Assembly (NCBI RefSeq): GCF_022369455.1
Contig: NZ_CP059599.1
Span: 66,409 to 90,408 of the forward strand
Length of the DNA stretch: 24,000 bases
Direction: 5' to 3'
Origin: Campylobacter sp. RM5004
Lineage (GTDB): Bacteria; Campylobacterota; Campylobacteria; Campylobacterales; Campylobacteraceae
This document shows, in pieces, positions 7,813-15,914 of the stretch. Made by a program: the position numbers and the translations under genes. The notes beneath the pieces are model-generated. The model saw only the letters and a list, made by a program, of their open reading frames with translations, made no database searches and was not told where the DNA came from. Numbering within the stretch: the first letter of the stretch is position 1; each line of letters opens with the position of its first letter.

Positions 7813-8446
7813 CCAAACAAACGAAATTCACTCTCGGAAAATTACAAACCATCAAAGAATTTAAAATCAGAATTTCGTTTGTTGGGGTGCTTGATTTACG
7901 CTGTAGAATTTAACAGCGTAAATTACTAATCTTAAACCTCAAAATACACAAGATAAATTCCTAAACAATAAAAACTTATACACCCCAAGATACAAGCCCA
8001 AAGCAAGGTTAAAAAACAAAAAATAAAAAAGTTTCGATTGTTTGTAACTCTATGCCAAGATTTATCAAAACAAAACCTACCCAAAGCCTAAAATACATAA
8101 AATAAATTCTTTAAACAAACGAAATTCCGAATTCAAATTCCAAATACGCAAATAAATTTCAAGCTGTAAATTTCGTTTGTTTGGTAATTTTATGCAGAAA
8201 TTTATGGCTTTTAGCCAAACAATCGAAACTTATTTAAAAAGTATCAAAATCACAAAGAATTTAAAATCAGAATTTCGTTTGTTTGTAGCTTTGTAAGGTT
8301 ATTTAAGGGTATTTATAAACAAACGAAATTCCGAATTCAAATTCCAAATACGAAAATAAATTCCAAGCTTTAAATCTCAAAATACGATATAAAATTCCAC
8401 AAAAATACACAGATTAAATTCTAAAAAATACACGAAATAAATTCCC
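7813..8446. repeat. Gene-free array of junction repeats (A and B submotifs in both orientations)
   Basis: Forward A cores are at 7814-7829, 8113-8140, 8215-8229 (variant) and 8317-8344. Inverted A cores are at 7870-7885, 8031-8044 (variant), 8168-8184 and 8270-8285. B units are at 7941-7961, 8090-8109, 8141-8160, 8345-8364, 8379-8398, 8402-8421 and 8425-8445. An identical 31-mer occurs at 7853-7883 and 8253-8283. Confidence 0.9.
7895..7922. other. Perfect 10-bp stem / 8-nt loop hairpin (TTTACGCTGT-AGAATTTA-ACAGCGTAAA)
   Basis: A direct inverted repeat in the sequence. It lies inside the repeat array, ~110 nt after the 5850-7787 stop codon. Confidence 0.6.
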
Positions 8447-8524
8447 ACTACGCAAGGGCTTTTGCATTTAGCCTAAATTAATGCAAGTTGTTTAAAATGT
8501 ATTTAAAATTTCAAAGGCATAGCG

Positions 8525-11399
8525 ATGGATTTTAGTATAGAAAGCAATGTAAAAGCGTATTTTATAGAGACTTTAAAGGATTTGGGCTGGCAGTATCTAA
8601 GCGAAAAAGAATGCAACGAGCTTAGGCAAAACGACTTTAACGAACCTTTGCTTTTAGCTAAGCTTAAGGAGTTTTTAAGGACAAATTATCAGCTAAATGA
8701 TGATGAGCTCATCATAATGATAAACAAGCTAAAAGCCCCAATTACCAGCCTAATCACAGCCAACGAAACCATCACAAAGCTTATTTTACTTGGCGAAGGC
8801 TTAGAGCAAAAAGGCAAACCTTCAAGGCATATAAACTACATAGATTACGAAAATCCGTCTAAAAACTCATTCATAATCACAGAAGAATTTAGCCTTACAA
8901 ACGCCAAAAACGAGCAAAAGAAAAGCACTAGGATTGATTTGGTGTTGTTTGTAAATGGTATCCCGCTTGTTAGCATTGAGCTTAAAAACTCGTGCGTTGG
9001 AGCAGCTGAAGCGATAAACCAACTCCTAAACCACCAGCACCCAGATAGGATTGAGAACTTTTATAAGTTCATTCAGCTTTGCGTTGCAAGTTGTGGCACT
9101 ATCACTAAATACGGCACAACGCTAACGCCTAGCAAATTTTACAATGTCTTTAAGGATAAAAGCAACGATGATAGCGTAAAAGTGCTTTGTAACAATATCT
9201 TAAAGCCTAGAAATTTGCTTGAGTTTATAAGTGATTTTATATTTTTTAGCAAGTCTAAAGACAAAACTAACAAAATCGCAAGCCGTTATCAACAATACTT
9301 TGGCATAAAAGAAGTGATAAAAGCTATCAAAGATAAGCACGGCGGTCTAGTATGGCACACTCAAGGCAGTGGCAAAAGCTACACAATGCTAATGCTAGTA
9401 AATATCCTAGCTAGACTAAACAGCACAGCCCAAAAAATCATCATCACAGATAGAATAGAACTAGATGAGCAAATCTCAGCGACCATAAACGGCACGGCAA
9501 ATCTTGACACCTTGCACCACGCCAAAAACACAAGCCATTTAAACGAGCTTTTAAACGATGATGGAGTGGGGCTTATCACGACTACGATTTTTAAATTTAG
9601 CGATTTAAAAGATATAAAAAATAGAACAAGATTTATCCTAATAGATGAAGCCCACAGAAGCCAAAACGGCGAACTTCATATGCAAATGCTTGATAACTTA
9701 GGCGAAAATGCCTACATCATAGCATTTACAGGAACGCCGCTTTTATCTAAAGAAAAATCAAGCATAGCAAAATACGGCGGACTTTTGCATACTTATAATA
9801 TCGGCGAAGCAGTAGAAGATGGTGCTATCGTGCCACTTTTGTATGAAAACAAAATGATAGAGCTTGGTCTTAGCAATAAAGAAGAGCTAGAAAAAAGATT
9901 TGATGAGCTTACGCTTGGGCTTAGTAACGAGCAAAAAGAGCAAATCAAGCAAAAATGGGCGAAGATTAAAAAAGCTTCATACTTCAATTTCAAGGCTTGA
10001 ATACATCGCACTTGATATAAACGAAGACTTTAAACAAAGCCTTAAAAATACGCCGTTTAACGCAATGCTTGCAACTAATTCTAAGTTTGAGGCGATGAAA
10101 TATTATAAAGTTTTTAAAGAACTTGGGGATTTGGAAGTTAGGGTCGTGATATCCACAAATGCAGCAGATGAAAACGAAGGCGAGCAAGAAAAATGGGTAA
10201 GCGATGAGTATGCAAAGCTAAATCACGCAGAGTATGAAGAGCAGTGCAAGAGTGATTTTAAGGATAGGAAAGTGGATTTGCTAATCGTGGTAGATAAGCT
10301 ACTTACGGGCTTTGACGCTCCTTGTGCTAAAAAACTTTATATAGATAAAAACCTAAAAGAACACAACCTACTTCAAGCCATAGCAAGGGTAAATAGGCTA
10401 AAAGAGGGCAAAGATGAAGGGATAATCGTGGATTATAGAGGGCTTCTTAGTGAGCTTGATACCACGCTTAGTAGATACGACGCGCTTAGTGGATATGATG
10501 AGAGTGGTTTGGTGGGGGCAGTTTTTAAAATAGACGGCTCTTTAGATGATATGTGGGAGAGCCTAGCTGTGCTTGATGAGATGTTTGCAGGGCTTGATGA
10601 TGAAGTAGAAAAGCTAAAGGTTTTAAAAGATTTATCGTTTAGGGATAGGTTTTGCAAGGTTTTAGCAAGGTTTAGCAACCTTGTGGGCGTGGTGCTAAAT
10701 ACTCGTAAGCTAAGGGTAAGTTTAAGCGAGAATGAAAGGGAGAAAATCAAGGCAAGTCTTAAAAAATACTTAAGCTTAAGAAGTTCGGCACAGGTATTTT
10801 ATGCTGAGGATTTTAGCCTAAAAGAATACGAGCAAAGTATGCAAAAGCTACTAGATGAGCATTTAAAAGTAGGGCAAATTTATACGCTAAATGAACCGCT
10901 TGATATACTAAGCGATGATTTTTCAAGGGTTGCGGGTGATTTTAGCGATGAGGTGAAGGCTCATGGAAAGCTAAACGCACTAGAAAAAGAAGTGAAAAAA
11001 TGTGAAGTGTTTAACCCTGATATGTTTGAAAGGTTTAGTGCAAGGATAGAAGAGATTTTGGAAGATTATAGGGCAAAAAGGCTTAGCGAGAGCGAGTTTT
11101 ATAAGCTTAGTTGTGATTTGGCTAGGGATTTTAAAAAGGATTTGACAGATGACCCACTTGAGCGTAATCTTGCTAGGGATTTTGACAAGGATGATGTTGG
11201 GCAAATCATTGCCTTGCTTGATAGTGAGTTTGGCAAGTTTTCTAATGTGCCTGAATTTGATGAAAGTATCAAAAACAAAATCGCAACCGAACTCATAGTA
11301 AAAATGCTACCATTTTTAACAAAAATTAACAAAGTAAATGACATAGAAAACTACATAAACTCCCTAATCAAAATCTACTTAGGAAAATATGGTAGATAG
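8525..11399 (+). pseudogene. hsdR: Type I R-M restriction/helicase subunit HsdR (locus A), split by one frameshift
   Basis: ORF 8525-10000 carries the nuclease motif DLVLFVNGIPLVSIELKN and helicase motifs VWHTQGSGKSYTM, ILIDEAHRSQ and FTGTPL. ORF 9900-11399, in another frame, carries LLIVVDKLLTGFDAPCAKKLYIDK and QAIARVNR. Both frames are open across 9900-10000. Removing one A from the A6 run (9968-9973) gives a continuous ...KWAKIKKLHTSISRLEYIALDI.... Confidence 0.8.
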
Positions 11400-11431
11400 T
11401 TTGTATCTTTAGCTGGGGGTTTTTGAGATAT

Positions 11432-11485
11432 AAATTTCGTTTGTTTGTAGCAAATACGAACAAACGAAATTCCGATTTTAAATTC
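11432..11485. repeat. Junction repeat copy: inverted A core + forward A forming a 13-bp stem hairpin
   Basis: AATTTCGTTTGTT (11433-11445) pairs with AACAAACGAAATT (11459-11471) across a 13-nt loop. The forward A continues as CCGATTTTAAATTC to 11485. It lies 33 nt after the hsdR-A stop. Confidence 0.85.
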
Positions 11486-11677
11486 TTAATTTTTTGAGTT
11501 ATTTTATAAGCAAACCTACAAGAACATAAAATAAAATACTTTCACGCAAGCTTTAAAAACAAAAATGAGTTTGCATAAACTATAATTTTATAATAGAGGC
11601 CATTCGTTAATTAATTTTTAGCAAGATCTTTGTTATTAATTTTTTATTAATAAATATTATTTAACTAAGGAGAAAAC

Positions 11678-12643
11678 ATGAAAGAAAATCGAGATAGTAG
11701 CTTCTTATCGAATGCCCAAAAAGCAATTAGTATGATTGGGCAAGTGGTTCAAAATTTGGTTATAGTGCTAGTATTTTTATGGTTCATTAGTTCAGTTATT
11801 TTATATTGCAAACATTATGTCTTTGGGATTGAAGATTTTCCTGATTTCAGTATGGAAGAATTATTGGCATTAGGTTTTCATGTTGGTGCATGGTTGATGC
11901 TATTACTCTTTGTACCTCTTGGATGTTATTTGTTTGCAGTTACTTATTCGAAAATTACCAAACAAGATTGTGATAAAATAACTGATAATAAAACCTCTAA
12001 ATGTGAATATTGGGCAATGATAAAATCTAATTTTATCATTGTATTTAATTCAATACCTTATATAGCTACATTTATTACTGCAATTATATGCATATTGTTA
12101 TCAGCATATCTAGCTTATGAGTTTAAGGATAAGCAAGTTTGTTATACACTAATATTTTGTTTAATTTATAGTGTATTATTTATATTTGCTCGTAGTGGTA
12201 AGTTTAAAATATCAATTGCAATTTTAATAATTATTGCTTATTTTATATTTACATATATAAATATTATGGGTAGAGCAGGGATTGGCAATTATTATGCTAA
12301 CATTATTATTGAAACAGCTACACTTGATAGAGTTTATTTAAATCAAAAGGGTATAGAATTCCAAGATGACAATATATGCGAAGAAGGTAAAAAAGATAAA
12401 AATACTCAAGAAGAAAAGCAACCAATATCAGAAAATACTTCAAAAGAAAACACTACAAAAGAGATTAAAGATGTATATTGTGTAGATAAAAATATTATAA
12501 GATTTGATAACGCAAAAGTTTTATCAAGTATAGGTAAAAAAACATTTTTAGAATATAAAGTTAATGATAAAGCTATAAAATTAAATTTTGATAGTTCAAA
12601 AGTAAGGTTTGTAAAGAAACAAAATACCCCAATAGAGAATTAA
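11678..12643 (+). CDS. Polytopic membrane protein of unknown function (paralogue of 20948-22039)
   Basis: The 321-aa ORF has an RBS AAGGAG. It has multiple hydrophobic helices, a K/E/N/T-rich linker and a small C-terminal domain (IIRFDNAKVLSSIGKKTFLEY...VRFVKK). I recognise no family. Confidence 0.6.
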   Translation: MKENRDSSFLSNAQKAISMIGQVVQNLVIVLVFLWFISSVILYCKHYVFGIEDFPDFSMEELLALGFHVGAWLMLLLFVPLGCYLFAVTYSKITKQDCDKITDNKTSKCEYWAMIKSNFIIVFNSIPYIATFITAIICILLSAYLAYEFKDKQVCYTLIFCLIYSVLFIFARSGKFKISIAILIIIAYFIFTYINIMGRAGIGNYYANIIIETATLDRVYLNQKGIEFQDDNICEEGKKDKNTQEEKQPISENTSKENTTKEIKDVYCVDKNIIRFDNAKVLSSIGKKTFLEYKVNDKAIKLNFDSSKVRFVKKQNTPIEN

Positions 12644-12661
12644 ATAATACCCCTTCCTTCC

Positions 12662-12698
12662 AAGCCTAGCGGAAGCTAGGCAAATATAAGGCTTTTTT
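12662..12698 (+). terminator. Candidate terminator: GCCTAGC-GGAA-GCTAGGC hairpin followed at a distance by T6
   Basis: A perfect 7-bp stem (12664-12670 / 12675-12681) begins about 20 nt after the stop codon. The T6 run at 12693-12698 is 11 nt from the stem, which is non-canonical spacing. Confidence 0.3.
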
Positions 12699-12730
12699 GC
12701 TACACTAAGAAAAACCACTTAAGGATAAAA

Positions 12731-14236
12731 ATGGCAAAGAAAGTAGAAATTAAACTAGAAGATGCGTTGTGGAAAAGTGCCGATAAATTACGCAAAAACA
12801 TCGATGCAGCAGAGTATAAACACATAGTTTTAGGACTTATATTTTTACGCTACATTAGCGATAGCTTCATGCAAAAATACGAAGAATTACTCAAAGAACA
12901 ATCCGAAGGAGCCGACCCAGAAGATGCAGACGAATACCTAGCTGACAATATCTTTTTTGTCCCAGAAAAATCTCGCTACAACTACATAAGAGATAACGCC
13001 AAAAACCCCAAAATAGGCAAAATGTTAGATGAAGCAATGGATGAGATAGAAAAACACAACGATACCTTAAAAGGAGTTTTGCCAAAAGTCTATGCTAAAG
13101 ACAATCTAGATAGCAAATGCCTAGGCGAACTCATAGACCTGATAGGCAACATCGCCTTTGATACTGGTAAAAGTGCTGATGTTTTAGGTCATGTATTTGA
13201 GTATTTTTTAGGTGAGTTTGCCCTAGCTGAAGGCAAACAAGGCGGACAATTCTACACTCCAAAATGCGTCGTAGAACTCCTAGTAGCCATGCTTGAGCCA
13301 TACAAGGGCAGGGTGTTTGACCCTTGCTGTGGAAGTGGCGGTATGTTTGTTCAAAGCGAAGAGTTCGTAAAATCTCGCCAAGGCAGACTAGATGACATCT
13401 CAATCTATGGTCAAGAGTCAAATCAGACCACCTACAAACTCGCCAAAATGAACCTAGCCATAAGAAAAATTGAAAGCTCACAAGTGATATGGAACAACGA
13501 AGGCTCATTTTTAAACGACGCCCACCAAGACCTAAAAGCTGATTTTATCATAGCCAACCCACCATTTAACGACTCAGACTGGAGCGGCGAACAGCTAGAG
13601 CAAGACGGCAGATGGAAATACGGCGTCCCACCAGCAAGTAACGCCAACTACGCTTGGATACAGCACTTTTTATATCATCTATCGCCAAACGGCGGTGTAG
13701 CAGGATTTGTCCTAGCTAAAGGCGCACTTACAAGCAATACCACAAATGAAGCAGCTATTAGAAAAGCACTCATTGAAGATGATTTGATAGATTGTATAGT
13801 AAATCTACCCGCAAAGCTGTTTTTAAACACAGGTATCCCCGCATCACTTTGGTTTATAAGACGCCAAAAGCTACCAAACACAGCTAAAAAGACGCTTTTT
13901 ATAGATGCAAGAGATTTAGGAACTATGATAAATAGACGCAACAAAACCCTAAACAAAGATGACATAAACCAAATCGCAAACACTTATAAAGCTTGGAAAA
14001 ACGGCACCGACTATGAAGACATAAAAGGCTTTTGTAAAAGTGCTAGCATAGATGAGATAAGAGAGCTTTCTTATGTGCTTACCCCAGGGCGTTATGTGGG
14101 GCTTGCTGATAGTGATGATGAGTTTGATTTTGATACTAGATTTAACGAGCTTTTAACCAAGCTAAAATCCCAAATCAAAACCGAGCAAGAGTTAAGCGAA
14201 ACTATCTTAAAAAACTTAGAGAAGATTAGAATATAA
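12731..14236 (+). CDS. hsdM: Type I R-M DNA methyltransferase subunit HsdM (locus B)
   Basis: The 501-aa ORF has an RBS AAGGA. The HsdM N-domain is LWKSADKLRKNIDAAEYKHIVLGLIFLRYISDSF. It also has GGQFYTP, motif I FDPCCGSGGMF and motif IV NPPF (13556-13567). Confidence 0.93.
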   Translation: MAKKVEIKLEDALWKSADKLRKNIDAAEYKHIVLGLIFLRYISDSFMQKYEELLKEQSEGADPEDADEYLADNIFFVPEKSRYNYIRDNAKNPKIGKMLDEAMDEIEKHNDTLKGVLPKVYAKDNLDSKCLGELIDLIGNIAFDTGKSADVLGHVFEYFLGEFALAEGKQGGQFYTPKCVVELLVAMLEPYKGRVFDPCCGSGGMFVQSEEFVKSRQGRLDDISIYGQESNQTTYKLAKMNLAIRKIESSQVIWNNEGSFLNDAHQDLKADFIIANPPFNDSDWSGEQLEQDGRWKYGVPPASNANYAWIQHFLYHLSPNGGVAGFVLAKGALTSNTTNEAAIRKALIEDDLIDCIVNLPAKLFLNTGIPASLWFIRRQKLPNTAKKTLFIDARDLGTMINRRNKTLNKDDINQIANTYKAWKNGTDYEDIKGFCKSASIDEIRELSYVLTPGRYVGLADSDDEFDFDTRFNELLTKLKSQIKTEQELSETILKNLEKIRI

Positions 14237-14244
14237 GGATAGCT

Positions 14245-15696
14245 ATGAATTTTGAGTTTATACAAAAATTATTAGAAGCAAAAACGCAAGAAAATGAAGT
14301 GGTTGAATATAAACAAAACAATAAAGAGATAAATACATTGGCAAAAAATATTTCAGCTTTATCAAATACAGCTGCTTTGCTAGGAATTGATAAAGCTTAT
14401 CTTGTTTTTGGCATTGAAGATAAAACATTAAAGATTGTCGGCACGAAATTTAAACCTAAAAAAGAAAAAAAAGGAAATGAAGAGCTTGAGAGTTGGTTGC
14501 ATAAAGCTTTAACACCTAACATAGAATTTACAATTCATGAAATTTCTAAAGACGAGATTAATTTAGTAGTATTTGAAATTGATGCTACTAAAATTTCGCC
14601 AATAAAATTTGAAGAAAAAGCCTATATAAGAATAGGTAGCAATACAAAACAATTAGATAAATATCCAGAAAAAGAGAAAAAGTTATGGCAAGTTCTTTCA
14701 GGCTTTTCTTTTGAGACTGAAATAGCAAAGTCAAATTTAAATATTGATGATATATATGATTTGTTAGATTGTCAAAAATGTTTAAATATGTTAAAAATAC
14801 CTTACAATGACAATGTATCTCATGATTATGTTATTGAAAATTTGATTAAATTGGAGTTGGTAAAAAAAATAAATAATTCTTTTGCTATTACTAATTTAGG
14901 TGCTATTTTATTTGCAAGAGATTTAACAAAATTTGAAAGCCTAGATAGAAAAAGAATTAGATTTATAAGATATAAAGGCAAAGGTAAAATTGATGCATTA
15001 GAAGAATTAGAAGGTAAGAAAGGATATGCAATTGGTTTTAAAGGGTTGATTTCGTATATAATGAAATATGTTCCTAAAAATGAAGTTATAGAGAATGCGA
15101 TAAGAAAAGACACTACTTTATATCCAGAAATTGCGATAAGAGAACTTGTAGCTAATGCGATAATTCATCAAGATTTTACAATAGATGGTAGAAATCCAAT
15201 GATTGAAATGTATAGCGATAGAATAGAGATAACAAACAATGGAAAATCTCTCATAGATATCAAACGCTTAATAGATATGCCATCAAAGTCAAGGAACGAT
15301 AAACTAGCTAACCTAATGAGAATAATGGGTATATGTGAAGAAAGAGGATCTGGTGTGGATAAGGTTATAGATAGTGTTGAATTTTATCAATTGCCAGCAC
15401 CAGAATTTACAAATGACGGGGATTATTTTCAGGCAATTTTATTTTCCTATATGCCTTTAGAGGATATGACTAAACAAGATAGAATAAGAGCTACTTATCA
15501 GCATTGTTGTTTAAAATGGGCTTCAAGGGATGTGATGACAAACGCTAGTTTAAGAGCTAGATTTAAAATAGGCGACAAACAACACTCAAAAGCTTCTAAA
15601 ATAATCAGTGATACTTTAGAGGTGGGTTTGATTAAACAACAAGACCCAGAGAACAAATCTACAAAACATACCAAATATGTTCCATATTTTGTTTAG
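14245..15696 (+). CDS. AlbA_2 (Schlafen-like DNA-binding) + HATPase_c_4-like protein of the so-called RecG-like/transcriptional-regulator family; hsd-embedded passenger
   Basis: The 483-aa ORF starts 8 nt after the hsdM-B stop and has an RBS AAGGA. The N-terminus has EVVEYKQNNKE...ISALSNTAALLGIDKAYLVFGIEDKT. The C-terminus has IRELVANAIIHQDFTIDGRNPMIEMYSDRIEITNNG and SRNDKLANLMRIMGICEERGSGVDKV. The assignment is from motif memory. Confidence 0.65.
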   Translation: MNFEFIQKLLEAKTQENEVVEYKQNNKEINTLAKNISALSNTAALLGIDKAYLVFGIEDKTLKIVGTKFKPKKEKKGNEELESWLHKALTPNIEFTIHEISKDEINLVVFEIDATKISPIKFEEKAYIRIGSNTKQLDKYPEKEKKLWQVLSGFSFETEIAKSNLNIDDIYDLLDCQKCLNMLKIPYNDNVSHDYVIENLIKLELVKKINNSFAITNLGAILFARDLTKFESLDRKRIRFIRYKGKGKIDALEELEGKKGYAIGFKGLISYIMKYVPKNEVIENAIRKDTTLYPEIAIRELVANAIIHQDFTIDGRNPMIEMYSDRIEITNNGKSLIDIKRLIDMPSKSRNDKLANLMRIMGICEERGSGVDKVIDSVEFYQLPAPEFTNDGDYFQAILFSYMPLEDMTKQDRIRATYQHCCLKWASRDVMTNASLRARFKIGDKQHSKASKIISDTLEVGLIKQQDPENKSTKHTKYVPYFV

Positions 15697-15707
15697 GTTT
15701 TATGTTA

Positions 15708-15827
15708 TGCTTTCGTCAAAATTACTTAAACCTAGCTTAATTTATACAGCTCACAGCTTGAAAATACGAGCTTTTAGCGTTTTTTCTTCTGTTGTGCTTT
15801 CGTCATTATCTTTTAAACCAAGCTTAA
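15708..15827 (+). repeat. Pair of 33-bp imperfect direct repeats (TGCTTTCGTCA-N9-AAACC-N-AGCTTAA) 87 bp apart
   Basis: The copies are at 15708-15740 and 15795-15827, with 27/33 identical positions. The first begins 12 nt after the 14245-15696 stop. The second abuts the junction repeat. Confidence 0.7.
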
Positions 15828-15877
15828 ACAAACGAAATTCCGAATTCAAATTCTTGAATTTATTTCGTGTATTTTTT
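15826..15877. repeat. Junction repeat copy: exact forward A (15826-15853) followed by exact inverted B (15856-15875)
   Basis: The 28-mer is identical to 8113-8140 and 8317-8344. It lies inside the hsd-B operon, in the 218-bp spacer upstream of hsdS-B. Confidence 0.9.
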
Positions 15878-15914
15878 GGATTTTTTATGGAAATAAATTC
15901 TAAAGGATTAAGAT

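Noticed and set aside
7813-8446. Possible CRISPR array, because of the many short repeats in a gene-free stretch
   Set aside because: The repeats occur in both orientations, in two alternating types and with irregular spacing. They often abut each other with no spacer-like unique segments of constant length. No cas genes are in the window, and the same motifs occur singly at many other junctions.
9968-9973. Slipped-strand phase variation controlling hsdR-A, and similarly the A4 run near 3062-3065 for hsdM-A
   Set aside because: The tracts are only 4-6 nt, and I saw no poly-G/C tract of 8 or more anywhere in the window. A fixed mutation or a sequencing error is more parsimonious. The observation is kept as a low-interest finding rather than a phase-variation claim.
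9900-11399. ATG at 9900 as the start of a separate C-terminal HsdR-like protein
   Set aside because: The first ~25 residues (MMSLRLGLVTSKKSKSSKNGRRLKK) are out-of-frame reading of good HsdR sequence from the upstream ORF. A single-base correction fuses both parts into one normal-length HsdR.
12891-13983. Antisense ORFs inside hsdM-B (12891-13085, 13131-13508, 13432-13647, 13675-13983). Similar antisense ORFs lie inside other large genes (888-1070, 4215-4430, 4797-5033, 5313-5498, 7229-7534, 9379-9579, 9793-10011, 9990-10187, 10433-10750, 10980-11204, 11099-11344, 14826-15113, 17555-17737, 17933-18163, 18396-18590, 19235-19513, 20138-20464).
   Set aside because: They lie entirely within well-supported sense-strand genes with clear family motifs. 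They have low-complexity or Cys/Ser/Leu-rich translations and no convincing RBS. These are typical shadow ORFs.
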